Source of the DNA: an uncultured bacterium
Lineage (GTDB): Bacteria > Spirochaetota > UBA4802 > JAGODF01
Length of the DNA stretch: 64,000 nt
NCBI GenBank assembly: GCA_937921485.1
Contig: CAKZSV010000004.1
Location: 16,497-80,496 of the forward strand
Direction: 5' to 3'
The notes under the pieces are model-generated. The model saw only the letters and a program-made list of their open reading frames with translations, searched no databases and was not told the DNA's origin. Below, in pieces: positions 7,485-18,740 of the stretch (its first letter is position 1; the number at the start of each line of letters is the position of its first letter). The translations under genes were made by a program, and so were the position numbers.

Positions 7485-8588
7485 TCAGCTTGATGACCCT
7501 TCGCCGCTTCCGATCCCGCCAATAACTTTATAGATCTCCCATAGCGAATAAAAAAGGGTGAGCAGTACGGGGCCGAGGATGACGCCCGCAAGTCCGAAAG
7601 CTTTGAGGCTTCCGAGGAGAAGGAAGAAGAAAATGAGTGGATGAAAATTCAACTTTTTCCCGAAAATTGAGGGTTTCACGAGATTTTCAAGCAGCAGATA
7701 CCAGCCGGGGCACCATACGGCAACAAATATCGCCGGCACATACGCACCCTGGACTGCAAGAATCGCTGCCGCCGGAAGCCAGACAATCATCGTACCAACT
7801 ACAGGGATGAGAGAAAGCACCGCCGCTATTGATGCCCAGAGCAACGCTCCCGGTATTCCCGCGATAAAAAAACCGATTCCGAGAAAAAGCCCCTGAAGCG
7901 CCATAATTAAAAGATTGCCGGCAAGAAGCATCTTTACCACTTCTTTGAGACGCTTCACCACATCTGCCTCAACATCATCCGGAAATGGCAAAGTGCGGTA
8001 AAACGGCTCATCGAGTTTGTGGCCGTCTTTAAAGAGAAAGAAAAGTATGAGGAGCATGAACACGAAATTCATCGCGAAGTTAAGCGAAAAACCCACCACA
8101 ACCGTCACGTTGTCGAAAATCGACATCGAAGCCTGCTCCAGAACCGACAGCGTCTTCGACAAAATTTCGTTGCGGTTTACATTGAACTGCGCATAAAGCC
8201 ACTGCGCCGCTTCGCTTCGTCCGAGCCATTCGCCGACTTCAGCGCGTACCAACTCATCCTTTATATGCCGGTAAAAATCCAGCGCCTGATCGGCAATCCC
8301 CAGAAGCAAAAGCACAACCGGCACGAAGACCACAAAAGAAAGCCCCGCAAGCATAAGAAGACTTGAAAGCGAACCGAATCTCAGCAACCGTCTCAGCTTT
8401 TCATGTATGGGGCGCAGCGCCATATAGATGATGAGCGCAAAGAGAAACGGCCAGAAATAATAGCGGAACAGGTAAATGAGTCCAGCCGCAACCGCACCTA
8501 ACAGAATATAGAAAAGCCGCATGAGAGTGCGGTTTTCCTTAATAATCGCGTATGATGTTTTGCTTTCAAGCATACAGTTTTCATTCAT
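7485..8588 (-). CDS. AI-2E family transporter (PerM-like permease)
   Basis: 367-aa polytopic membrane protein with the typical AI-2E C-terminal pattern (GIPGALLWASIAAVLSLIPVVGTMIVWLPAA). Confidence 0.75.
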   Translation of the reverse strand: MNENCMLESKTSYAIIKENRTLMRLFYILLGAVAAGLIYLFRYYFWPFLFALIIYMALRPIHEKLRRLLRFGSLSSLLMLAGLSFVVFVPVVLLLLGIADQALDFYRHIKDELVRAEVGEWLGRSEAAQWLYAQFNVNRNEILSKTLSVLEQASMSIFDNVTVVVGFSLNFAMNFVFMLLILFFLFKDGHKLDEPFYRTLPFPDDVEADVVKRLKEVVKMLLAGNLLIMALQGLFLGIGFFIAGIPGALLWASIAAVLSLIPVVGTMIVWLPAAAILAVQGAYVPAIFVAVWCPGWYLLLENLVKPSIFGKKLNFHPLIFFFLLLGSLKAFGLAGVILGPVLLTLFYSLWEIYKVIGGIGSGEGSSS

Positions 8589-8623
8589 CCGGACAGCTTT
8601 TATTATCCGGCTTCATGATACCT

Positions 8624-8788
8624 TCAGCGCGTGAGATAGTGCGACAAATCTGTGGCAATTTTCTGGATGGCATGGTCCAGATACTCCTCATCAGCCATGC
8701 GCTTTTTATACTCCTCGATGGAGAGCTTATCCCTGCCGACTTTACGCTTTTGTATCTCACGATCGTCCTTGCTCATGAGACTATTCAT
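8624..8788 (-). CDS. Small hypothetical protein (54 aa), below the ORF-track cutoff
   Basis: Hand translation gives MNSLMSKDDREIQKRKVGRDKLSIEEYKKRMADEEYLDHAIQKIATDLSHYLTR*. AAGGGG lies 7 nt upstream of the ATG. It sits between yraN and the AI-2E gene on the same strand. Confidence 0.4.
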   Translation of the reverse strand: MNSLMSKDDREIQKRKVGRDKLSIEEYKKRMADEEYLDHAIQKIATDLSHYLTR

Positions 8789-8911
8789 GGTTATTCCCCT
8801 TAAAAGTGGGGCACCCTCCCCTCCCTGGGCGGGTATCCACGCCCCTATTTATTTGTTCGGTTTTTTTGGAGGATGACTTAACGAAACTTTGCGGAAAATT
8901 GAAAAATATTG

Positions 8912-9265
8912 TCAGCGCAGAATATCCTGAACCCAATCAAAAGATCCATTATTGTAGGCCAGAAGATCAAATCTGAACGTCATTTTTTTATTATTTAGTG
9001 CGGGATTAAGACGAAGAAACGCATCCGCAACCACCTTCAGTTTTCGCTTTTTTGAAGGCCCTATAGCATACACCGCACCGCCGAGTGCATCCGACCTGCG
9101 GCTTTTTACTTCAACAAATATCACCAGATCGTCTTTTTGCACGATAAGATCAATCTCGCCGGCTCTGCCGAAACGAAAATTTCTTGAAAGAATTGAAAAT
9201 CCACGCTCCTCAAAAAATTTTGCTGCCGCTTCTTCGCCGAAAACTCCAATGTCGTGTGTATTCAT
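8912..9265 (-). CDS. yraN: YraN-family (UPF0102) endonuclease-like protein
   Basis: GEEAAAKFFEERGFSILSRNFRFGRAGEIDLIVQKDDLVIFVEVKSRR matches the YraN family pattern. Confidence 0.8.
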   Translation of the reverse strand: MNTHDIGVFGEEAAAKFFEERGFSILSRNFRFGRAGEIDLIVQKDDLVIFVEVKSRRSDALGGAVYAIGPSKKRKLKVVADAFLRLNPALNNKKMTFRFDLLAYNNGSFDWVQDILR

Positions 9266-9277
9266 GGAACCGCCCTT

Positions 9278-10513
9278 TCAAAGAACTTCAAGAAAGCTGA
9301 CTCCAGCTTCGTCTTCATCGAGCGCTTTAACCACATATAGTGAAATTTCCTCTAAGAGGTTCACCATTCTGTGCTCCTTGATCCGCTCCCCTTTCTGGTC
9401 AAAGATGAGTTTGAGAATCGGCCGGAGAGGCTTTTGAGGAACCGAGCCTATGACAATGCCGATGCTTGAATCGTTCAGGCGCACTATTGAGCCAATCGGA
9501 TAGACCGACATCCGCGAAAGAAAAACTTTGAGAATGATGGGATCAAAACGATTGACGCCGCTTGAGAGAAGATTTTTCATCGCGTGATAAAAATACTGCC
9601 GTTTGCGGTACGTGCGGTTGGTAATTTGCGCCTCATAGCTGTCGGCGATTGCGGCAATTTTCGCCGCTTCATCTATCTGGTGCCCTTTCAATCCCCGTGG
9701 ATATCCTCTCCCATCGTACGACTCGTGATGCTGCAACGACACTATCGCCACCCGTTCGCTTACGCTGCCAAGCTGTTTGATGGTCCTGTATCCGTGCAAG
9801 GGATGCGTCTTGATGAGATTGAACTCCTGGTCGGTGAGATTCGATTGCTTATGAATGATGTACGGTGGAATCTTCAGCATCCCCGCATCAATAAGAAGCG
9901 TGCCAAGCCCCAGATCGCGGAGCTTCTCTGGCGAATACTTCAGCGATATTCCAATGATGAGCGAATAGAAGGTCACGTTCACCGAATGAACGACAAGATA
10001 ATTTTTTCCCTCATCGAGGCCATAGAGAAAAATAAAAGCGTTGGGGCTTTCCCCTAAAAGTTTAATAATATCGTTCAACACAGATGAAAGGCCATCAATA
10101 CTAAACTTTTCATTGGCCTTGATGGCGTTATGAACCCGCTCCACTTCTACGCATGCTCTGCGATGTACTTCGATGAGATCCTTTCTTTTTTTTATGAGGT
10201 TTTCATAATCCCGCATGATTGACCGCACATCGACACCATGCTGGGATGAAACCTTCTGTTCAAACTTCAGATCTGCCTCGGTTGAGATGAGTTCGCCGGC
10301 GGTTTCCACGTAATGCACGCCGAGGGTTATTAGCTTTTTAATATCGCTTTCCTTGATGGTGATATTGGAATCCACAAGGATATTATTGCTGTCGATATAG
10401 ACCGGCTTGTTGAACCGCATTCCGGGCTTCAATTCATCAATGCTCAATTTCCTCATCTGGGCCATCATCGCTCCTGTTGCTACGCCTTGTGACATGCGAA
10501 CATTTTCGCACAC
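9278..10513 (-). CDS. HD-GYP domain protein (canonical motifs)
   Basis: HSVNVTFYS...LLIDAGMLKIP...HPLHGYRTI...LQHHESYDGRGYPRGLKGHQI...IADSYEAQITNRTYR. Confidence 0.8.
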   Translation of the reverse strand: MCENVRMSQGVATGAMMAQMRKLSIDELKPGMRFNKPVYIDSNNILVDSNITIKESDIKKLITLGVHYVETAGELISTEADLKFEQKVSSQHGVDVRSIMRDYENLIKKRKDLIEVHRRACVEVERVHNAIKANEKFSIDGLSSVLNDIIKLLGESPNAFIFLYGLDEGKNYLVVHSVNVTFYSLIIGISLKYSPEKLRDLGLGTLLIDAGMLKIPPYIIHKQSNLTDQEFNLIKTHPLHGYRTIKQLGSVSERVAIVSLQHHESYDGRGYPRGLKGHQIDEAAKIAAIADSYEAQITNRTYRKRQYFYHAMKNLLSSGVNRFDPIILKVFLSRMSVYPIGSIVRLNDSSIGIVIGSVPQKPLRPILKLIFDQKGERIKEHRMVNLLEEISLYVVKALDEDEAGVSFLEVL

Positions 10514-10515
10514 AT

Positions 10516-10794
10516 TTATTGAAACAGCTCATCAAGCCTGCGTTTTAGACGGTCATTGATGCGGTAGCAATACGCAAAAACCTCCGCGACGGCGCGGAAA
10601 AGATTTTCGGGTATTTGATCGCCGGCGTTCATTCCGGAAAGGGCTTCTGCCAGGTCGGCGTCTTCATAAATAGGAACATCGTGACTTCTTGCAATTTCAA
10701 GAAGCTTTTCTGCAAGAACGCCCTTTGCCGAGGCAAGTACGGACGGTGCATCATTCCCCTCATAGCCAAGCGCAATTGCTTTTTTTTTCTTCAT
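10516..10794 (-). CDS. FlhB C-terminal-domain-like protein (EscU/YscU/HrcU family, short form)
   Basis: KAIALGYEGNDAPSVLASAKGVLAEKLLEIARSHDVPIYEDADLAEAL...IPENLFRAVAEVFAYCYRI is the typical stand-alone FlhB-C paralogue sequence. Confidence 0.85.
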   Translation of the reverse strand: MKKKKAIALGYEGNDAPSVLASAKGVLAEKLLEIARSHDVPIYEDADLAEALSGMNAGDQIPENLFRAVAEVFAYCYRINDRLKRRLDELFQ

Positions 10795-10803
10795 ACCTGC
10801 CGC

Positions 10804-11928
10804 CTATGCATGGATATCAACCCGCGATTCGGTCAGAACGGCATCAATTTCCCCGTACAGAAAGCTTCGCGCGTCATCATCCCTGAAGACCGCTACCATT
10901 GCGCCATTTTTTATTAACGAATGCAACTTCTTTTGCAAATTGTACAGATCATGCCTTAGAATTTCAACACTTTTATCGCTCTCACAAACGATTGACAGCG
11001 AAATAATTTCTCCAAAAACACGAGCGAAGACCTCCAGATGACCCAGCTCGGATAAGTCAAATGCGCACGCAATGGAACTGCCCTTTGTAATCATACGCGC
11101 AGTGTTGAATTTTTCATCATCATACACGGGAATTTCCCGTTCCATTGCATCTTTGCTGCTTCCATTCAGAAGCCACGAAAGAAGCCTGCTGAAATGCTCC
11201 CGAAGCTCATCATCCCATACAAGGCTTTCGAGCACATCACCGGGATAACCGGCTGTCTCCCGTTCAAAGCTTCCATCAATGACTTCGAATTCATTTTCCA
11301 GTGTTGCATCATATTTTGCGGCCATCGCTGCAATGATCGACGAAAATACCCGCTCCGAACCTTTCTTCAGATTAAGCAATAACGCCGCTATTTTCACAGC
11401 GTCTTTCCGCGATATTCCCTTTTTCAAAAGCGCGTTGAGAAAACCTGCAAAAGCCCCTCCAGAAGTCTGGCCGGTTATTCCCGCAAGCAGCCTGTTTATG
11501 TCATACAGCGAATGCCCCTCTGCCAGAAGCGTGCGTATGCGGTACAGGGATTCCCGGGCATTACCATCATCCATTATAATGAATCGCCGGTAGTTTTCTC
11601 CCGCGGAAATATCCTTTTTGTCCGATACAAGCGAAAACACCAGGGTGCTTTTCCGCCGCGAGGTGAGCACAAGCTCCACATGCTTCCCGCGCGGAATATC
11701 TTTCAAAAATTGTGCGATGATGTTCATTCCGGCAACGCGCAGCACAGCCTTGTTGCCCTCCAGAGGCTTTATAATTTCAGCGGAAACTTTTTCTCCTGGG
11801 GCAATATTTTTCAGAACACGGTGAATTTTCGTGTTCCCGGAAACGGTTATTTCCTGTACAGGCGAAATCTTCACTCGGTCACCATGTTCCCGACAGCAGC
11901 CTTGTATATCCCCCAAAATTTGGTGCAA
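10804..11928 (-). CDS. FliK-like (flagellar hook-length control-like) protein, tentative
   Basis: The C-terminal segment FDLSELGHLEVFARVFGEIISLSIVCESDKSVEILRHDLYNLQKKL resembles the Flg_hook domain pattern. It lies immediately upstream of the FlhB-C-like gene. The start codon is uncertain. Confidence 0.4.
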   Translation of the reverse strand: MHQILGDIQGCCREHGDRVKISPVQEITVSGNTKIHRVLKNIAPGEKVSAEIIKPLEGNKAVLRVAGMNIIAQFLKDIPRGKHVELVLTSRRKSTLVFSLVSDKKDISAGENYRRFIIMDDGNARESLYRIRTLLAEGHSLYDINRLLAGITGQTSGGAFAGFLNALLKKGISRKDAVKIAALLLNLKKGSERVFSSIIAAMAAKYDATLENEFEVIDGSFERETAGYPGDVLESLVWDDELREHFSRLLSWLLNGSSKDAMEREIPVYDDEKFNTARMITKGSSIACAFDLSELGHLEVFARVFGEIISLSIVCESDKSVEILRHDLYNLQKKLHSLIKNGAMVAVFRDDDARSFLYGEIDAVLTESRVDIHA

Positions 11929-11993
11929 TGGATTGCTGTTATTTGAACAATCAAACTATTTTGATATTACACAATGGAATATAAATGTCAATG

Positions 11994-12023
11994 AAAAAAC
12001 CGCCCATTATGGAGCGGTTTTTT
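11994..12023 (-). terminator. Rho-independent terminator after groEL (bidirectional shape)
   Basis: AAAAAACCGC (11994-12003) / GCGGTTTTTT (12014-12023) around a 10-nt loop, with A- and T-runs on both sides. Confidence 0.7.
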
Positions 12024-12048
12024 CTGCATTTTATGGTATCTCGCCGAT

Positions 12049-13683
<1,635 letters not shown>

Positions 13684-13709
13684 TCATCCTCTCTTTTAAA
13701 ATCTAAAAT

Positions 13710-13997
13710 TTACTTTTCGATAACAGCTAAAATGTCGCTTTCCCTGACAATGAGGTATTCCTTATTGTCGTGCTTGACTTCGGTGCCTGCGTACTTCCCA
13801 TACAGCACCACATCGCCCACCTTCACATCCAGGGGGATGAGCTTGCCGTCTTCATAACGGCCATTTCCCACGGCCACAACCTTCCCCTGCTGGGGTTTTT
13901 CCTTCGCCGTATCGGGAATGTAGAGAGAACCCTGCTTCTGGATTTCCTCTTCAATGATTTCAACGAGGACACGATCGCCTAATGGTCTGATTGCCAC
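13710..13997 (-). CDS. groS: Co-chaperonin GroES
   Basis: [18 protein letters not shown]...[13 protein letters not shown] start with AAGGAGG upstream. Confidence 0.97.
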   Translation of the reverse strand: MAIRPLGDRVLVEIIEEEIQKQGSLYIPDTAKEKPQQGKVVAVGNGRYEDGKLIPLDVKVGDVVLYGKYAGTEVKHDNKEYLIVRESDILAVIEK

Positions 13998-14094
13998 GGT
14001 ACGCCTCCTTAACTATAAAAATAGAATTTTTGCTGAACGGCCATAAGGGCATATCAGCTATGATTGTGCATTACACAGTATTTGTGGGTTTTTG

Positions 14095-14120
14095 TTAGCA
14101 CTCATCAAAGCGAGTGCTAA
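14095..14120. promoter_or_regulatory. CIRCE (HrcA operator) upstream of groES
   Basis: TTAGCACTC-atcaaagc-GAGTGCTAA. The arms extend to TGTTAGCACTC/GAGTGCTAACA. I count an 8-nt spacer, against the canonical 9. Confidence 0.85.
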
Positions 14121-14329
14121 CAATGTATATTAAATATACTTTTTTTTTTAATGAAAGCAAACCAAAATAATTATATTTATTCAAAAATAATTAGAATTAT
14201 AGGCGATTATTCAAAAATATGAAAGAAAAATGCTTTTTTATATTTTTTGCGTTTATATTCTCCCGACAAAGCAGTGTGTTATATTTTGCCAATCAATCAG
14301 CACCCTACACCTCTTAGATATGCCTTATA

Positions 14330-14800
14330 TTACTGCCCAATATCACTTTTCCCGCCGGTTTTGCTTGTAAGCGTTATGTCGCGAATCACCATCGTTTTAT
14401 CGACCGCCTTGCACATATCATAGACCGCAAGCGCTGCTACCGAAACTGCCGTAAGCGCTTCCATCTCAACGCCGGTTTTTCCTTCAAGGCGGACTTCGGA
14501 GAAAATTGCCACGCCTTTTTGCGCTTCACTAATTTCAAACCGGACATCGATATAATTCAATTGCAGGGGATGGCACATCGGAATGAGGTCATGTGTTTTT
14601 TTCGCCGCCATGATACCGGCAATTTTTGCCACTTCAAAGACATTTCCCTTCGGAATAAGCTTTTCCCGAATCAGGTGTATTGTTTCCGGTTTCATTTCCA
14701 CAAAACCGGCCGCCTTTGCCGTCCGTGCGGTCACAGGTTTGCCCGAAATATCGACCATGCGCGATCGGCCTTTTTCATCGTAGTGGGAAAAATCAGCCAC
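14330..14800 (-). CDS. moaC: Cyclic pyranopterin monophosphate synthase MoaC
   Basis: RMVDISGKPVTARTAKA...IPMCHPLQL...GVEMEALTAVSVAALAVYDMCKAVDK. The GTG at 14800 (MADFSHYDEKGRSRMVD, AAGG 7 nt upstream) is preferred over the track ATG at 14899, which overlaps pssA by 88 nt. Confidence 0.85.
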   Translation of the reverse strand: MADFSHYDEKGRSRMVDISGKPVTARTAKAAGFVEMKPETIHLIREKLIPKGNVFEVAKIAGIMAAKKTHDLIPMCHPLQLNYIDVRFEISEAQKGVAIFSEVRLEGKTGVEMEALTAVSVAALAVYDMCKAVDKTMVIRDITLTSKTGGKSDIGQ

Positions 14801-14811
14801 AGTTTTGCCTT

Positions 14812-15552
14812 TCAGTATCTGTGATCCTGAATGAATTGTATGATGAAGCTCACCAGACCCGAGATGATATATATGCCGATAACAATAAACACCGACCATT
14901 TTTTAAATAGAATAATGAAAACTGCTAAAAATATCACCAGTAGAATAATTCGTATTCCGGGGAAGTGTTTCGCAATCGCAGCCTGCGGTTTTGAAAAGCG
15001 TATGGTAGAGACCATCAGGAATGCCGTCACCACAAAACAAGCGGTCAACAACATCAGGCTCAACAGCGAATTGAACAGCGCAATAGGGAAAAATACGGGC
15101 ACCAGCGCCACAATGACGCCCGCGACTGGCGAGGGCAGACCGCTGAAAGAATCCGGCACATGGTCAACGTTAAAGCGGGCAAGCCGGTACGCGGCACAGA
15201 GCGGAAAAATCGCGGCAACGGCAACACCCATATCTATATCGTAGCCCATGAAAGATACGAGCATTCCGGAAAAAAACGCCCGATATGCAAGAAAACCGGG
15301 TGCAACTCCAAACGCCACGCAATCGGCCAGCGAATCGAGTTCGGCGCCTAAATTGCTGGTCACTTTCAGAGCGCGCGCGGCCGGGCCATCGAGACCATCA
15401 AATAGGGCCGCACCTAAAATCATTACTCCCGCCATAAAAAACGGCTGGGGATTTGAAGCGCTTCCCATGCCCGAAAACACAAGAGAAATAAACCCCAGCA
15501 GCATGTTCCCCAGCGTCAGAGAATTTGGTATCCATGCGAGATGAATTTTCAT
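14812..15552 (-). CDS. pssA: CDP-diacylglycerol--serine O-phosphatidyltransferase
   Basis: CDP-alcohol phosphatidyltransferase motif DGLDGPAARALKVTSNLGAELDSLADCVAFGVAP in a polytopic 246-aa protein. Confidence 0.8.
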   Translation of the reverse strand: MKIHLAWIPNSLTLGNMLLGFISLVFSGMGSASNPQPFFMAGVMILGAALFDGLDGPAARALKVTSNLGAELDSLADCVAFGVAPGFLAYRAFFSGMLVSFMGYDIDMGVAVAAIFPLCAAYRLARFNVDHVPDSFSGLPSPVAGVIVALVPVFFPIALFNSLLSLMLLTACFVVTAFLMVSTIRFSKPQAAIAKHFPGIRIILLVIFLAVFIILFKKWSVFIVIGIYIISGLVSFIIQFIQDHRY

Positions 15553-15658
15553 CGCTATCCTGCTTGCAGTATTGAGATATGAACATTTTTTTTCACTAAA
15601 ATGCTTTCAGATTTTCGAACAAATTGTCAACAAGAAAACAATTGTCTTTCAGCACATC

Positions 15659-16765
15659 TTACAGGGTAGTCCTCAGGGAGCTTTTTTCTTTATGGCGTTC
15701 AAGTGCAAGCGCGATAAGCTTATCGAGCAATGCAGAATAAGAAACACCCGTCGCTTCCCAGAGCTTCGGATACATGCTGATGGTGGTAAAACCCGGAAGC
15801 GTATTTATTTCATTGGCGAAAAAGCGATTCGTTCCTTTTTCAAGGAAAAAATCAACACGGGCCATTCCCGCGCAGCAAAGCGCCCTGTACACACGCACGG
15901 CCGCCGCACGAATTTCGTCGCTCAATTGTTCCGGCAAATCCGCAGGAATGTTGAGCGTCGCGCCCTCCGGATCGATGTATTTCGCTTCATAAGAATAGAA
16001 TTCGTGGTGCGCAATTATTTCTCCAAGCACAGATGCCTGCGGCGTCCTGTTTCCCAAAACCGCGCACTCTATTTCCCTGCAGGTAACCGCTTTTTCAATG
16101 AGAACTTTTGTATCAAACTGCATTGCAAAATTTATTGCTTCAACAAGCGATGCGCGGTCTTTCGCTTTCCGAACTCCAACTGATGAACCGGCATTTGCGG
16201 GTTTGACAAAAAGAGGAAGGCCAAATTCGTCGATAACTTGCAAAAGAATTGCATCTCTCTTTGCATGCCATTCTTCAGGAAAGACAGTTTTCCACGGCAC
16301 CACCGGCACTCCCGCATCGCGCAACAGCCGCTTGGCGATATCCTTGTCCATGCCCACTGCTGAACCAGCAACATCTGCCCCCACGTAGGGAACACCGGCA
16401 AGCTCGAGCAAACCCTGAAGCGTGCCGTCTTCACAATACGTTCCGTGCACCACCGGGAAAACAACATCTACAGTTATAGTTTTTCCTGATTCACGTTCAA
16501 TGAGTTCAAGCTGCGAGGATACTCCCGCGTGATTAACCAGCCAGCTTCCTTTTTTTTGCAGGGCAAGGACCTTCCAGAAACTCGGGTGTTCCACGATTTC
16601 CGGACAATCCTGTACATGCCAGCTTCCGGATCGGTCAATGCCGATTGCCACGACCGAATACTTATCCGGATCCAGGTTCATCACCACCGAGGCGGCGGAA
16701 CAGAGGGAAACGTCATGCTCTCCCGATTTCCCCCCGAAGAGAACGCCCACCGTCATCATGTTCAT
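15659..16765 (-). CDS. ddl: D-alanine--D-alanine ligase
   Basis: [19 protein letters not shown]...[23 protein letters not shown]...[13 protein letters not shown]. Confidence 0.93.
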   Translation of the reverse strand: MNMMTVGVLFGGKSGEHDVSLCSAASVVMNLDPDKYSVVAIGIDRSGSWHVQDCPEIVEHPSFWKVLALQKKGSWLVNHAGVSSQLELIERESGKTITVDVVFPVVHGTYCEDGTLQGLLELAGVPYVGADVAGSAVGMDKDIAKRLLRDAGVPVVPWKTVFPEEWHAKRDAILLQVIDEFGLPLFVKPANAGSSVGVRKAKDRASLVEAINFAMQFDTKVLIEKAVTCREIECAVLGNRTPQASVLGEIIAHHEFYSYEAKYIDPEGATLNIPADLPEQLSDEIRAAAVRVYRALCCAGMARVDFFLEKGTNRFFANEINTLPGFTTISMYPKLWEATGVSYSALLDKLIALALERHKEKSSLRTTL

Positions 16766-17979
16766 GCCGCTGATTCTACAAATTCCTGATGAATAACGCG
16801 CTGTGCAAGCTCCGCGAATTTTCCATCGATACAGCAGGAAATGCCGATTTCCGAGGTTGATATCATTTCAATGTTGATATTGTTATCGGCAAGGACCTTG
16901 AACATTCTGCCGGCCACCCCATACGATGAAAGCATTCCCACACCAACAGCCGAAACGATGGCGATGTTTTCTTTTGATTCCACCGCGGAGCCGCCGAGTT
17001 CGTTTTTAAGCTTTTCCGCCAATTCCATCGCCTTCGCGAGGTCTTTTTTCAGCACCGTAAAAGAGATTGATGCTTTGCCATCATGCCCGGTGGACTGCAC
17101 AATCATGTTGATGTATATTTTCTCTTCACCCATTTTGCCGAAGAGCTTTGCGGCAATGCCGGGCCTGTCTTCTAAATTCCAGATTGTAATCTTTGCCTCG
17201 TCGGTTTTGGCGGTTACGCCGCTTACCATAAATTTTTCCATCATCTCCTCCCTGGGCATTACAACTGTCCCTTCTTCGTAATTGAAGCTCGAACGCACGG
17301 TAATTTTAATATTGTACTTCTTCGCGAATTCAACAGACCGCGAATGAAGCACCCCCGCGCCGAGCCGAGCTAATTCCAGCATTTCATCGTAGCTGATTTC
17401 CTTCAGCTTCTTCGCGTTCGGCACCACACGCGGATCGGCGGTAAACACGCCGTCCACATCGGTGTAGATTTCGCAGTCGCGCGTTTTGAGCACTGCCGCA
17501 AGTGCCACTGCCGTAGTATCTGATCCGCCGCGACCCAAGGTGGTGATGTTTTCTTCATCGTCGATACCCTGAAAACCCGCAACGATCACCACCTTCCCTT
17601 CTTCAAGCGATTTCACAATGCGGTCCGTGGCAATGCTTTCAATCTTTGCTTCAGAAAAGTTGCCATCGGTCATCACCCGCACCTGTGAACCGGTATACGA
17701 TATGGCATCAACCCCTTTCTCATGCAATGCCATCGCCAGAAGCGCAATCGACACCTGTTCACCAGTTGAAAGGAGCATGTCCATCTCGCGGCGGCTGGGC
17801 GATTTCGCAATCTGCTTTGCCAGATCAATGAGATGGTCGGTGGTTTTGCCCATTGCGGAAACGACCACCACGACCGAGTTACCCTTCTGCACGTAGGATT
17901 TAATCCGCTCCGCCACAGCCATAATGCGCTCGGGAGTTCCCACGCTCGTCCCGCCGTATTTCTGCACAATGATGTTCAT
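16762..17979 (-). CDS. lysC: Aspartate kinase
   Basis: [26 protein letters not shown]...[15 protein letters not shown], followed by two ACT-like C-terminal segments. 4-nt overlap with ddl. Confidence 0.93.
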   Translation of the reverse strand: MNIIVQKYGGTSVGTPERIMAVAERIKSYVQKGNSVVVVVSAMGKTTDHLIDLAKQIAKSPSRREMDMLLSTGEQVSIALLAMALHEKGVDAISYTGSQVRVMTDGNFSEAKIESIATDRIVKSLEEGKVVIVAGFQGIDDEENITTLGRGGSDTTAVALAAVLKTRDCEIYTDVDGVFTADPRVVPNAKKLKEISYDEMLELARLGAGVLHSRSVEFAKKYNIKITVRSSFNYEEGTVVMPREEMMEKFMVSGVTAKTDEAKITIWNLEDRPGIAAKLFGKMGEEKIYINMIVQSTGHDGKASISFTVLKKDLAKAMELAEKLKNELGGSAVESKENIAIVSAVGVGMLSSYGVAGRMFKVLADNNINIEMISTSEIGISCCIDGKFAELAQRVIHQEFVESAA

Positions 17980-18068
17980 ATTGCCAACCGTGTTTAACTA
18001 TAATATACAATGCCGAACAAAACAAAAACATAAATCCAAATATTGCCCGGCATTAATTGGTTAAGCCG

Positions 18069-18103
18069 TTGACAAAACATGCAATCACACCTTATTTTGT
18101 CAA
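18069..18103. promoter_or_regulatory. 9-bp inverted repeat (TTGACAAAA-N17-TTTTGTCAA) in the lysC / RHH-paralogue divergent region
   Basis: Perfect arms at 18069-18077 and 18095-18103. Each arm contains TTGACA facing outward. It lies 74 nt upstream of the ATG at 18177. Confidence 0.5.
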
Positions 18104-18176
18104 TGATAAACATAGATTACTGATTGCAATACAACCATAAACACTTCTATTACCGACATCTATTTGGAGGCATACT

Positions 18177-18659
18177 ATGAAAAAAATAAAATCCACATTC
18201 TCCTTGCGGCATGATGTTATCGCCCTATTAAATGATGCCGCCAGGAAAACCAACCTCAGCAAAGAAATTATACTTACAAAAGCCCTACAGTTCATGCTTT
18301 GCACTCACAGGAAATACTTGCGAAAAGAAGGAAGAATAAAATACCAGGACCGTTTTGATGAAAAAACCGGATTACCGGTACTGAAAAAAAGAGTAAAATT
18401 GTCTTTCTGGCAGAAGGAGTATGATTACTTTCAGGATACGAGGAAATTTTTCGGCCGTTCGATTTCCTTCGTTATGGCAATTGCAGTTTTTGAATATTTG
18501 GATCTTGTAATCGAAGAATTAGGCGCCAAAAAAATTGATCCAATTGGGGATAATTATCCCTTTTACGGCTATGCATGGATAGAAAAACGCATTGAAAACT
18601 TTACAACTTTTCATATTTGGTGGGGAATTCCAGAAAAATTAGAACTAATGGTCACCTGA
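18177..18659 (+). CDS. Hypothetical protein, putative tandem ribbon-helix-helix DNA-binding protein (paralogue 1)
   Basis: GGAGG 6 nt upstream. Roughly 35-40% identical by eye to the 20903-21391 product, with shared motifs GRI(K/E)YQ, EYDYF(Q/N)D, RSIS, FHIWWG(I/L)P. Two strand-helix-helix units are visible: STFSL-RHDVIALLNDAARKTN-LSKEIILTKALQFML and VKLSF-QKEYDYFQDTRKFFG-RSISFVMAIAVFEYL. Confidence 0.65.
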   Translation: MKKIKSTFSLRHDVIALLNDAARKTNLSKEIILTKALQFMLCTHRKYLRKEGRIKYQDRFDEKTGLPVLKKRVKLSFWQKEYDYFQDTRKFFGRSISFVMAIAVFEYLDLVIEELGAKKIDPIGDNYPFYGYAWIEKRIENFTTFHIWWGIPEKLELMVT

Positions 18660-18740
18660 ACCGCCAAATCAACGCCCTGAACCAATAAAAAAATCATTTT
18701 CGCTACGAATGTTTAAAGATACTCATATCTTAAAAGCAAA

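Noticed and set aside
7532-7537. Avoidance of AGATCT as indirect evidence for the specificity of the BglII-like system.
   Set aside because: AGATCT occurs several times by eye (7532-7537, 10269-10274 and others). There is no depletion signal, and the specificity cannot be inferred from this window.
14219-14320. A 33-codon plus-strand ORF (MKEKCFFIFFAFIFSRQSS...) in the AT-rich groES-moaC spacer.
   Set aside because: It is very short, has no SD, and lies in promoter-type AT-rich DNA.
18092-18304. A 70-aa minus-strand ORF overlapping the promoter and 5' end of RHH paralogue 1.
   Set aside because: It is antisense to a better-supported gene with a strong SD. It has no signals of its own.
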